A stretch of DNA of 32,000 nt from Hyperthermus butylicus DSM 5456 (GCF_000015145.1 NC_008818.1:1260001-1292000); one strand, 5' to 3'. Numbered from the stretch's first letter, positions 16,993-25,707 are shown. Program-made: numbers and translations. Notes: a model not told the origin generated them from the letters alone.

Positions 16993-17462
16993 ATGTGTTA
17001 TGTGTCTATATTTTTCAGCACCGGATACGATGCTAGGAGGTTGTAGGCTGCTAACTTGTACTACATGATTGATTACTTGGTAATTTGTGCTCGTTCCTAA
17101 TCAAACAAGGGAAGGCGATACATGTCTGCTCTGCTAAAAACTAGATTTAGAATATATTAATTGATCCTGGATGTTATAGTCATATTTAAATCTTCGCTGC
17201 GGCTCCGGACATATTTTCTCAAGGCATTCCATTTCCTCCCTTTGGAATAATCCATACTTTACTGTCACATATCATTGCGTAAGATGTTTGTTGAGGAATC
17301 AGGGAAGACCTCTTTGGTCCTTGCGTTTTTGCTTCCCCTTCTACCCTCCTTAGGCTTTCAAGAACAACATTGATATCCTTGAAGGAATGTTGAGAAGGAG
17401 TTGATGACTCTTCATTTTGAGTGGATAACTTGGGGTCAGCTGAATTGATTAGTAGTGTGGGA

Positions 17463-17540
17463 TGGCGGGCCCGCGGGGATTTGAACCCCGGACTACCGGC
17501 TCCGCAGGCCGGCGTCCTATCCTGGCTAGACTACGGGCCC
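17463..17540 (-). tRNA. tRNA-Arg (anticodon GCG) with genomically encoded CCA
   Basis: The minus strand folds by hand into a full cloverleaf: GGGCCCG-TA-GTCT-AGCCAGGATA-GGAC-G-CCGGC-CTGCGGA-GCCGG-TAGTC-CGGGG-TTCAAAT-CCCCG-CGGGCCC-G-CCA. All four stems pair. The anticodon loop CU-GCG-GA gives anticodon GCG. No intron. Confidence 0.95.
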
Positions 17541-17669
17541 AGCCCATGGTAATGAATTTCATTAATCCTCTCCCTCTTAAGCTTTTCACTTGGAGTTAGG
17601 GTAGGGTTTTGGCCAAGTGGTCTTATACGGTGATACGTATAGTGTATTGGTGTAGTAGGGGTTGTCATT

Positions 17670-20600
17670 TTGGCTAAGCGTAAGCGGCGTGGCAGTGCTG
17701 GTATCGATTTGCTGACGTTTCTCCGGAGTGGTGGTGCGGGTGCAAGAACAGCGAGTAATAGTGGTGTGCAAGTTTCGTCTCCTGGTGCAGGTAGAGCCGG
17801 AGTGGATGACGGGAGGGATAGTAGAGGAGGGATGTTAGAGTCTGCTGGTTCTGTTGTGCAGCGATATTTTGATGAAAGTCTGCGCGAGCTACTTACAGAA
17901 ATACGTTCTAGTAGGAATGAGGCTAATAGAGCTGGCGAGGGAGCGAGAAGCGAGAAACGTCTATCCACAAGTGTAAGTGATAACATAGCTGATGTGAGTA
18001 ATAATGTTGTATCTGGCAGTGTTTCAGCTGCAGTAGAGGCTGCAGAGCGGGATCTCATTCGAAAGCCTCTGTCGGGTCAAGCTGTAGCTAACGTTGAAAG
18101 CTTGATTCATGCCTCCAAGGTTCTGGAGAAGTTGTCTATCCTTCCCCTTGTGAATGAGCCTATGGAAGCGCGGGAAGGGTTTGAGGGATTTCTTCTGCAG
18201 ACATACTATGATGGTGATAGGGGTGTTGTTGCAGTAAAGCTATATGATGACCGTTCTGGTAGAATAGGGGTCTACTTCGACACTACAGGGTATAAGCCGT
18301 ACTTTCTGACCGATATACCACCTGATAAGCTTCAAGAGATTCCGCAAGTTGTTAAGCATAAAGGATTTGATCATGTTGAAGTTGTCGAGAAGTTTGACTT
18401 GTTAAGGTGGCAGAAGAAGCGTGTAACCAAGATAGTCGTTAAGACGCCGGATGTAGTTAAGCAGCTTAGGGACAAGGTTCCTAGGGCATGGGAGGCTAAC
18501 ATTAAGTTCCACCATAACTACATCTACGACTTTGGGCTTACACCAGGTCTCCGCTACCGGGTTTCAAGTGGAAGGCTCGAGTTGGTTGGAGGTGATGTTT
18601 CGGAGGAAGCAGAACAGTTCATCCGCAAGGTATTTAGTGGCGAGGATGAATCTATAGTGGAGACAGCTATTCGCTGGTTCCCACTATTCGAGCAGCCTCC
18701 GCCTAAACCTAGGCGTCTTGCTGTGGACATAGAGGTCTATACCCCATTTAAGGGTCGTGTACCAGATGCGTCAGCTGCAAGCTACCCTATTATCAGTGTT
18801 GCATTTGCGTCGGATGACGGCTTGAGAGTAGTGTTTATCCTTGCTAGGCCAGGTGTTGTCGGTGGTGAACCGAGGGAAGGTGTCAAGGAAGGTGTTCACA
18901 TAGAGATATTCGACGACGAACGCGCACTCATACTTGAAACCTTTAGGCTTATAGCTAACTACCCCATAGTGCTAACGTTTAACGGTGATAACTTCGACTT
19001 TCCATATCTATACAACCGTGCCCTAAAGCTTGGAATTCCTAAGGATGTTATACCGTTTAAGCCCACACGGAGCTATATGAGTTTAAAGTATGGAATTCAC
19101 ATAGACCTATACCAGTTCTTCAGCATAAAAGCTATACAGAGCTATGCATTTGGTAATGCATACAAGGAGTTTACCCTCGATGCTATAGCTTCAGCGCTAC
19201 TAGGCGAACACAAGGTGGAAATAGAGTCTACTGTGAGTGACCTCTCGCTCCTCGAACTCGTAAGGTATAATATTCGTGACGCTGAGCTAACACTAAAACT
19301 CACTAGCTTTAATCGTGACCTGGTATGGAAGCTTATCGTGCTGCTAGCACGTATATCTAGGCTGCCCATAGAGGATGTTACGAGAAGCCAAGTTTCAGCG
19401 TGGATTAAGAGCCTTCTCTACTGGGAGCATAGGCGTAGAGGCTACTTGATACCGTCAAGGGATGAAATAATCAAGTTGAAGGGCGAGGTCAAGTCTGAGG
19501 CTCTAATCAAGGGCAAGAAGTATCAAGGCGCAATAGTTCTTGATCCGCCCAGCGGCGTATTCTTCCGTGTAGTTGTACTAGACTTCGCAAGTCTATATCC
19601 AAGCATTATCAAGAAATGGAACCTTAGCTACGAGACTGTAAATCCGGTGTACTGTCCTGGCTCAAAGATAGTAGAGGTCCCAGACGTCGGGCACAAGGTA
19701 TGTATGAGTAATCCGGGGCTTACCGCGCAAATTGTTGGTTTGTTGAGAGATTACAGGGTTAAGATCTACAAGAAGAAGGCGAAGGATAAGAGTCTGCCCG
19801 AGGATGTGAGGGCTTGGTATGATACTGTACAAGCTGCAATGAAGGTATACATTAACGCTAGCTATGGCGTATTTGGTGCTTCATCATTCCCGCTCTATGC
19901 GCCGCCTGTTGCAGAGAGTGTAACAGCGATAGGTAGGTATACGATTAAGGAGACAGTTAAGAAGGCTGCCGAGCTAGGCCTTAGGGTCCTCTACGGCGAT
20001 ACTGACTCTTTGTTTATCTGGAACCCGGATGAGGAGAAACTTGAAGAGCTGCAAAAGTATGTCGAGGAAAACTTTGGCCTCGACCTTGAGGTAGACAAGG
20101 TATACAAGTTCGTAACCTTTAGCGGGCTTAAGAAGAACTATATTGGCGCATACGAGGATGGTAGCGTCGATGTTAAGGGCATGGTTGCTAAGAAGCGTAA
20201 TACACCAGAGTTTCTCAAGAAAGAGTTTAGCGAGATTCTAAACCTATTAGGTAGCGTCAACAGTCCAGAGGAGTTCGTAAAGGTTAGAAACCACATTCGT
20301 GAGAAACTGCGCACGGTCTATACTGGCCTCAGAGAACTCGACTACAATTTGGACGAGCTGGCAATAAGGATGGCTCTCAACAAGCCATTGGACGCATATA
20401 CTAAGAATACGCCACAGCACGTGAAGGCGGCGAGACAGCTAGCACGTATGGGTGTCCAGGTTCTACCTGGTGATGTCATCTCGTTTGTAAAGGTTAAGGG
20501 CAAGGAGGGTGTTAAGCCCGTACAGCTTGCAAGGCTTGCAGAGGTCGATGTCGACAAATATGTCGAGACTATGAAATCTGTATTTGAGCAGTTCCTCGCA

Positions 20601-20672
20601 GCAATAAATATGAGTTGGGATGAGGTTATAGGATCCTCAAGGCTAGAACTGTTCCTGCGTAAGAATAGCTAG
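17670..20672 (+). CDS. polB: Family B DNA polymerase, crenarchaeal PolB1 (Dpo1) type
   Basis: Exonuclease motifs: Exo I VDIEVYT, Exo II TFNGDNFDFPYLY, Exo III YNIRDAELT. Polymerase motifs: A VLDFASLYPSII, B KVYINASYGVFG, C LYGDTDS, plus NTPQHVKAA. From memory, it is collinear with Sulfolobus Dpo1. The start is TTG 17670, with a TATA-like GTATAGTG about 27 nt upstream. The first ~165 aa form a low-complexity extension. Confidence 0.95.
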   Translation: MAKRKRRGSAGIDLLTFLRSGGAGARTASNSGVQVSSPGAGRAGVDDGRDSRGGMLESAGSVVQRYFDESLRELLTEIRSSRNEANRAGEGARSEKRLSTSVSDNIADVSNNVVSGSVSAAVEAAERDLIRKPLSGQAVANVESLIHASKVLEKLSILPLVNEPMEAREGFEGFLLQTYYDGDRGVVAVKLYDDRSGRIGVYFDTTGYKPYFLTDIPPDKLQEIPQVVKHKGFDHVEVVEKFDLLRWQKKRVTKIVVKTPDVVKQLRDKVPRAWEANIKFHHNYIYDFGLTPGLRYRVSSGRLELVGGDVSEEAEQFIRKVFSGEDESIVETAIRWFPLFEQPPPKPRRLAVDIEVYTPFKGRVPDASAASYPIISVAFASDDGLRVVFILARPGVVGGEPREGVKEGVHIEIFDDERALILETFRLIANYPIVLTFNGDNFDFPYLYNRALKLGIPKDVIPFKPTRSYMSLKYGIHIDLYQFFSIKAIQSYAFGNAYKEFTLDAIASALLGEHKVEIESTVSDLSLLELVRYNIRDAELTLKLTSFNRDLVWKLIVLLARISRLPIEDVTRSQVSAWIKSLLYWEHRRRGYLIPSRDEIIKLKGEVKSEALIKGKKYQGAIVLDPPSGVFFRVVVLDFASLYPSIIKKWNLSYETVNPVYCPGSKIVEVPDVGHKVCMSNPGLTAQIVGLLRDYRVKIYKKKAKDKSLPEDVRAWYDTVQAAMKVYINASYGVFGASSFPLYAPPVAESVTAIGRYTIKETVKKAAELGLRVLYGDTDSLFIWNPDEEKLEELQKYVEENFGLDLEVDKVYKFVTFSGLKKNYIGAYEDGSVDVKGMVAKKRNTPEFLKKEFSEILNLLGSVNSPEEFVKVRNHIREKLRTVYTGLRELDYNLDELAIRMALNKPLDAYTKNTPQHVKAARQLARMGVQVLPGDVISFVKVKGKEGVKPVQLARLAEVDVDKYVETMKSVFEQFLAAINMSWDEVIGSSRLELFLRKNS

Positions 20673-21220
20673 CTCTTTTTCCTCCTGCTTCGCTTTCGTC
20701 GAGTTTTCTTTGTTGTTTCCTCTTCCTCAACCTCGGCTAGCCCTTCTTCAAGGCGTCGAAGCTCTTCCTCGCTCAGCGTGAGCTGCTCGGCTCCCGTGAG
20801 GGCCTCCACGCTCTTTGGCGCTTTTGTCGCTTCTGCAGCATACTCTTCTAGTTGCTTCTTAGCGTTGTCATCCAGGTATAGTGCTATGACGTATATCTTC
20901 TTGTCAAGATATGTTGTCTCGTCTATCCATCTGTTGTCAAAGCTTACAACAAGTACTGGCAGGTTTACTATGACATCATTCCCCTCCAGGCTATACTTCA
21001 AGCTTAGTTCAAGAATTTTATCTGCAATTTCTGGTGGTAGAGGTTTTGGATATCGAAGTTCGAGTTTTGTTCTTAGTGCTGTTAGATCGCTCTCCTCGGG
21101 ATTCCATTCTGTAAGGGCCCTAGCAGTTACGTCTTTTGCTATTTTTGCAAAATCTCCATCAAGTATGTCCGAGCTTACTATCTTTCCTTCCTCAGCCCTT
21201 ATGACTAGTACTTTGCCCAT
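20669..21220 (-). CDS. Hypothetical protein with an acidic coiled-coil and a basic C-terminal tail (183 aa)
   Basis: Intact ORF ending ..EEEETTKKTRRKRSRRKKS. Its stop codon overlaps the polB stop codon (convergent, 4-nt overlap). No recognised catalytic motif. Confidence 0.5.
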   Translation of the reverse strand: MGKVLVIRAEEGKIVSSDILDGDFAKIAKDVTARALTEWNPEESDLTALRTKLELRYPKPLPPEIADKILELSLKYSLEGNDVIVNLPVLVVSFDNRWIDETTYLDKKIYVIALYLDDNAKKQLEEYAAEATKAPKSVEALTGAEQLTLSEEELRRLEEGLAEVEEEETTKKTRRKRSRRKKS

Positions 21221-21265
21221 ATTCTGCTCCCTCTGGCCGCTCTAGGGTTAAGCCCGGTTTAAGTT

Positions 21266-21787
21266 TTACATTGAGCCGTGGTTTCGCGCTCTAAGTATCG
21301 TGTTAGATGTTTCGGACCAGCCAATTATGTATAGGTAGATGTTGTGTGATACTCTGCCATCATTTATTGTTGCGTATACGAGAGGTCTCCATTTCGTTAT
21401 TCTAAACTCGTGAGAGACTATCCTTGTTCCATACTTAAGCTCGCTTGTCAGCTTTGTTGCTAATGCATCATTTACACTTGTTAAGAGGAATAGTGTTACA
21501 ATGGTTGCATCTGTTAGTTTGACCCTGAACATGTCCTCATTCACAACGATTACCTTGTCGCTAACACCTTGTTTACGCGCGTTTTCGGCAGCTTGCCTTG
21601 CCAGGTCACTTCGTATTTCTACACAGTACGCACGTTTAACACCAAAATCTCTCGCAGCTATAATGGGTATCCTGCCGTCTCCACACCCGAGGTCATATAG
21701 TACGTCGTCGCTGGATGCGCCGGCAAGCTCAAGCATCTTATAGACAACGGGTATTGGTGTTGGGACATATGGTACTAGAATAGTCAT
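21266..21787 (-). CDS. Class I SAM-dependent methyltransferase
   Basis: Motif I VLYDLGCGDGRIPIIAA, an acidic post-I residue in CVEI, and overall Rossmann-like spacing. The substrate is unknown. Confidence 0.75.
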   Translation of the reverse strand: MTILVPYVPTPIPVVYKMLELAGASSDDVLYDLGCGDGRIPIIAARDFGVKRAYCVEIRSDLARQAAENARKQGVSDKVIVVNEDMFRVKLTDATIVTLFLLTSVNDALATKLTSELKYGTRIVSHEFRITKWRPLVYATINDGRVSHNIYLYIIGWSETSNTILRARNHGSM

Positions 21788-21802
21788 GTTCCACCTCGAA
21801 GC

Positions 21803-22141
21803 TTACGATTCAACGTTTAAGCCCAACTCAGCTAGCTTTCTAAGTACTTGTCTTTCAGCTTCATCGATGTCGGGTTGTAGACTCTTATTGAGAGGTAGGC
21901 GTGATATTAGGAGTTTTACGGAGCCATCATTTAGCTCAACAAGTAGTTGTGGGAGCCACGCCATACCATACTCGTCTGTGTCGCCGTGCTCTATTAGGTA
22001 GACGTAGTCCTCTATCTTTATCTCCTTTTTCAGCCTTGTCTTCTCTACCAGGCGCTCTAGGAGATCCAGCCAGAGCTTATGCTGCGGGTGGTGTTCTGCT
22101 GTTACTAGGACAAGCTTCACTGGTTTGGGCAAATGTTTCAC
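21803..22141 (-). CDS. Hypothetical protein (112 aa)
   Basis: Intact ORF 15 nt upstream of the methyltransferase gene. No recognised motif. Confidence 0.5.
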   Translation of the reverse strand: MKHLPKPVKLVLVTAEHHPQHKLWLDLLERLVEKTRLKKEIKIEDYVYLIEHGDTDEYGMAWLPQLLVELNDGSVKLLISRLPLNKSLQPDIDEAERQVLRKLAELGLNVES

Positions 22142-22355
22142 CAGCTAGCGCTCTTGCAACGTCTAGCTTATATGTTCTTCTGCTCCAGCGTGACACTAGA
22201 CCCTTACGCTCCATTTCCGCTAGGATTCTTCCTGCAGTCCTGGTGGTAATGCCTAGTATTCGTGCGAGCTGGTATACGCTTATGTATGTGTAACCGCTGT
22301 AAACGAGTGTCGCTGCAAGCTTTTCTATGTCGAGTTTAACGCGAAGCGTAGACAT
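22077..22355 (-). CDS. Small winged-helix DNA-binding protein (92 aa)
   Basis: ..YISVYQLARILGITTRTAGRILAEMERKGLVSRW.. is HTH-like. The last ~21 codons overlap the next gene and have atypical composition. Confidence 0.55.
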   Translation of the reverse strand: MSTLRVKLDIEKLAATLVYSGYTYISVYQLARILGITTRTAGRILAEMERKGLVSRWSRRTYKLDVARALAGETFAQTSEACPSNSRTPPAA

Positions 22356-22514
22356 CTATACCCCATAAGCTATGCGTAAGTAAGGCATTAGCCTAGAGTA
22401 GGGGCTAGCTGAAAGTAAGCATTACACCCGGTCTCCCAGTATAAGTCTGGGCATCACTACACTATAAGGGGGTTCACTAGTCTGATATTCTCCTCTCGGG
22501 TACCTTAGCTAATA

Positions 22515-24098
22515 GTGTATGGGGGCTGTAGAAACGCCGTGTATAGGTTAGAGCCCATCCCAGCCTATGTACCGGATACGAGTGTCGTCATAGAGGGACT
22601 AGTCTCCAGGCTTGTAAAGGAAGGGAGGATTAGGGGTAAAATACTGATCCATCGCGCTGTCATATCTGAACTCGAGAACCAGGCTAACCAGGGTAAGGCT
22701 ACGGGGTTTTCTGGGCTGGAGGAGCTTAAGAGGCTACGGGAGCTGGCAGAGGAAGGACTAATAGATATTGAAATTGTTGGCCAGAGACCGTCACCGAGTG
22801 ATATTAGGTATGCGCATCTAGGAGCTATTGACGCGCTCATAAGGGACTATGCGTACGAGAATGGTGCGACGCTCATAACGGCCGATAGGGTACAAGCGTT
22901 GGTTGCAGAGGCAACTGGCGTAAGTGTGATATACATACCGCCACGCCGTGAGGAGAAGCTGAAAATAGAATCAATGTTTGATGAGACAACAATGAGCATA
23001 CATCTCAAGGAGGGTGTCCCGCCTCGAGCGAAGAAGGGTACACCCGGGGAGTGGCTGCTAGTAGACCTTGACTCAAAGCCTCTAAATAGAGAGGAGGTAG
23101 AGTCTATAGCTAAGGAGATTATCGAAGTTGCAAAGAGAAGACCCGACGGGTTCATAGAAATAGACCGTAGAGGCTCAACAATAATCCAGCTTGGCAAATA
23201 TAGGATCGTGATTACAAGGCCGCCTTTAAGCGAGGGCTGGGAAATAACTGTTGTGAGGCCAGTCAAGAAACTTAGACTTGAAGACTACAAGCTGCCAAGC
23301 AAACTAATGCGTAGACTTGAGGAGCGTGCAGAAGGTATACTCATTGCGGGAGCGCCAGGCATGGGTAAGACTACGTTTGCACAAGCACTGGCAGAGTACT
23401 ATGCTTCCAAAGGAAAGATAGTGAAGACCATAGAGTCGCCGCGCGATATGGTGCTTCCTCCCACGATAACACAGTATTCTAAAACTTATGCGGATGTGGG
23501 CGAACTACATGATATACTACTGTTGAGTAGGCCCGACTACACAGTATTCGACGAGCTTAGAACCGATGAGGACTTCAAGCTGTATATTGATCTAAGGCTT
23601 GCAGGTATAGGTATGATAGGCGTTGTACACGCTACATCACCCATAGACGCTATACAGAGGTTCATAAGGAGAGTAGACATAGGCATGTTGCCAAGCATAA
23701 TAGATACGGTTATATTCATACATCGGGGACGTGTAGAGAAAGTCTATGGCCTTCGCATGACAGTAAAGCTGCCAACGGGCCTTCGGGAGGCAGATCTCGC
23801 CCGCCCTGTAGTAGAGGTGAGAGACGTACTAACAGACGAACTGGAATACGAGATATACACCTTTGGAGAACAGACCGTAGTAGTTCCTGTAAAACAAGTC
23901 GCTACTCTAGGTTATGAGGAAAAGCTGAAGAGGATAATCGAGAGACTAATACCGGGCGCTGAAGTCGAGATAAGAGACAATATGGTCATATTGAATGTGC
24001 CACGCATAGCGGCGAAAACCCTCATGAAGAAGATGAAGAGGCTAAAGAAGCTAGAAGACAAGTACGGCATTACGATTAGGGTGAACATGGTTGGGTAG
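22515..24098 (+). CDS. PIN-domain / PilT-like ATPase with a C-terminal KH-like domain (PINA-type)
   Basis: N-terminal PIN-like segment YVPDTSVVIEG...ITADRVQ, Walker A ILIAGAPGMGKTTFAQAL, Walker B-like DYTVFDELR, and a C-terminal KH-like tail. The start is GTG 22515 or GTG 22539. Confidence 0.85.
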   Translation: MYGGCRNAVYRLEPIPAYVPDTSVVIEGLVSRLVKEGRIRGKILIHRAVISELENQANQGKATGFSGLEELKRLRELAEEGLIDIEIVGQRPSPSDIRYAHLGAIDALIRDYAYENGATLITADRVQALVAEATGVSVIYIPPRREEKLKIESMFDETTMSIHLKEGVPPRAKKGTPGEWLLVDLDSKPLNREEVESIAKEIIEVAKRRPDGFIEIDRRGSTIIQLGKYRIVITRPPLSEGWEITVVRPVKKLRLEDYKLPSKLMRRLEERAEGILIAGAPGMGKTTFAQALAEYYASKGKIVKTIESPRDMVLPPTITQYSKTYADVGELHDILLLSRPDYTVFDELRTDEDFKLYIDLRLAGIGMIGVVHATSPIDAIQRFIRRVDIGMLPSIIDTVIFIHRGRVEKVYGLRMTVKLPTGLREADLARPVVEVRDVLTDELEYEIYTFGEQTVVVPVKQVATLGYEEKLKRIIERLIPGAEVEIRDNMVILNVPRIAAKTLMKKMKRLKKLEDKYGITIRVNMVG

Positions 24099-24537
24099 AG
24101 CACAGATACGTAGCAAGGGATTCAACGCTGAAAGAGAACTCGCTCGCAAGCTATGGAGTAGGGGGTTTGCCGTAGTAAGAGCACCAGCAAGTGGCTCTAA
24201 GGCAAAGCATGTCTTCTATCCTGATCTAGTAGCTATGTATCGCGGAAAAATATTCGTCTTCGAGGTAAAGTATCGTACAACAAGCGAGACAATATACATA
24301 GAGAAGGAGAAGATATTGAAACTCGTTGACTTTGCTGAGCGTGCTGGAGGAAAAGCATACATAGCAATAAAGCTACTGGGCAAGGGTTGGCTAGTGGTCC
24401 CTGTTGATAACCTTGCAGAGACAGCGGGTGGAAGATACAAGATAGACCTAAATAGCATGAAGGTACTAACATTAGATGAATTCGTTAACAGGATTCAGAA
24501 CGAGAGTCTAACAAGATACGTGGCACGCCATGTGTAG
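24091..24537 (+). CDS. hjc: Holliday junction resolvase Hjc
   Basis: KGFNAERELARKLWSRGFAVVRAPASGSK...YPDLVAMYRGKIFVFEVKYR matches the Hjc catalytic core (E..R, SGS, PD..EVK). TTG 24091 is the only start in frame, and it overlaps the upstream ATPase gene by 8 nt. Confidence 0.85.
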   Translation: MGRAQIRSKGFNAERELARKLWSRGFAVVRAPASGSKAKHVFYPDLVAMYRGKIFVFEVKYRTTSETIYIEKEKILKLVDFAERAGGKAYIAIKLLGKGWLVVPVDNLAETAGGRYKIDLNSMKVLTLDEFVNRIQNESLTRYVARHV

Positions 24538-24559
24538 TAGATTCTAGCATGTTGATGTA

Positions 24560-24618
24560 TCAGTTGGGTAAGTTTTCGTCACCCACTAGGAATTGTCGGC
24601 CCGGGAGTAACTCATCAC
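24560..24618 (-). ncRNA. C/D box sRNA candidate
   Basis: Minus-strand layout: C GTGATGA (24618-24612), 12-nt guide GTTACTCCCGGG, D' CCGA, 13-nt spacer, C' GTGACGA (24582-24576), 12-nt guide AAACTTACCCAA, D CTGA (24563-24560). A TATA-like TTAAAATT ends 22 nt upstream of the C box. There is no clear terminal stem. Confidence 0.55.
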
Positions 24619-24628
24619 GAGCAATATA

Positions 24629-25630
24629 CTAACGTGGCTTAATTTTAAGATCTTTAAATTCTAGCTTGCCACGGCTACTCCATATGACCCTAATTGTATT
24701 AATGGTTCCGGGTCTTATTTTAACAGTCAAGCTCTTACTTGTTCCCGGTTTTAGATCACCTACAACCTGGCGGCTTAGCACAGAGCCTAGTGCCATGCTT
24801 AGAGCTATAACTTTCTCAGCTACACCATTGCCTTCGTTGACTATAGTAATCTTAGCCTCATCACCTTCTATGAACTCTAGCTCGATCTTAACCGTGGGAG
24901 TCGGCGCCTCAACCTCGTACACAAGTATGGATGATACTAGCAGTGTACTCTGTACATTCGTAGCCTCTAAAGCTAACTCTGTAATATCGCCCAGTGTGTG
25001 CTGGTACTCAACCATGCCAACAGCCTTGCCTAGCTCTATGATTTTACCTCCAGCCCTAGCAACGATAAGCGCTTCGGGTGAAGGCATACTAACTATTATG
25101 TGGATTCTAGCATTGCTAAACCTAAATGGCATCTTTACTGAGAAGACTTCTCCATTGCTTAAAGCTAGAGCGCCACTGAGATAGTAGTATCTTGCCTTTA
25201 CGTCGGCATCCTCGGCTACTGCAAAGAGTCCTATATGGTCTAGACGTATTTCTCTTACACCAGCATATCGTATCGATACCGACAACGGGTTCGAAGGCCT
25301 AGAATCAACTATCGGCTTAACATTGTATACAAGTTTGCAATACGCAGCTCCTCCATTAATATACGTGCATATGCTTGGCTTAAACTCTCTCGTCACGACA
25401 ACGTTATTAAACGATATCTTCCACCTGAATGGTTCCAGGCTCCATGTGGTTACTCCAACCTCTAGCAGTACATCAGTGGTCCTCTCCGGAGGGAAGGGTA
25501 ACAGAAAGTTGACATCATAGCTTGTTGGGTGAGTATCACCACCAAGCAACATTTGTGGTAGGTTACTCTCATAGAAGACGTCTTTACTACCTTCACCCGC
25601 AAGATAGAGTTGTAGCTCGCCCTTAGCCAA
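24629..25630 (-). CDS. Hypothetical beta-rich protein with a CARDB-like C-terminal domain (333 aa)
   Basis: Intact ORF downstream of XPB on the same strand. The C-terminal ~90 aa (..KITIVNEGNGVAEKVIAL...VGDLKPGTSKSLTVKI..) resemble CARDB/Ig-like beta-sandwich domains. I see no signal peptide or nuclease motif. Confidence 0.55.
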   Translation of the reverse strand: MAKGELQLYLAGEGSKDVFYESNLPQMLLGGDTHPTSYDVNFLLPFPPERTTDVLLEVGVTTWSLEPFRWKISFNNVVVTREFKPSICTYINGGAAYCKLVYNVKPIVDSRPSNPLSVSIRYAGVREIRLDHIGLFAVAEDADVKARYYYLSGALALSNGEVFSVKMPFRFSNARIHIIVSMPSPEALIVARAGGKIIELGKAVGMVEYQHTLGDITELALEATNVQSTLLVSSILVYEVEAPTPTVKIELEFIEGDEAKITIVNEGNGVAEKVIALSMALGSVLSRQVVGDLKPGTSKSLTVKIRPGTINTIRVIWSSRGKLEFKDLKIKPR

Positions 25631-25707
25631 GGCTTCCCCTTCCTCTCCGCAACACTGGCTATACTAGCCCAGCTATAGGGTTTAATGCGTAGAAAACACA
25701 AATCCAC

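Noticed and set aside
17401-17443. TTGATGA ... CTGA pair in the AT-rich spacer
   Set aside because: It spans only 43 nt, too short to hold C, D', C', D and two 12-nt guides. There are no internal boxes.
17462-17599. 45-codon plus-strand ORF through the tRNA (MAGPRGFEPRTTGS..), reminiscent of the att-encoded GFEPG peptide of SSV-type integrases; also a ~90-codon minus-strand frame open from the tRNA into the AT-rich spacer
   Set aside because: The plus-strand ORF is bounded by a stop at 17453-17455, so no integrase N-fragment precedes it. The GFEP peptide is simply what any tRNA T-arm encodes in that frame. The minus-strand frame has no start codon and no tyrosine-recombinase motifs (R..HxxR..Y). 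No att duplicate was seen in the window.
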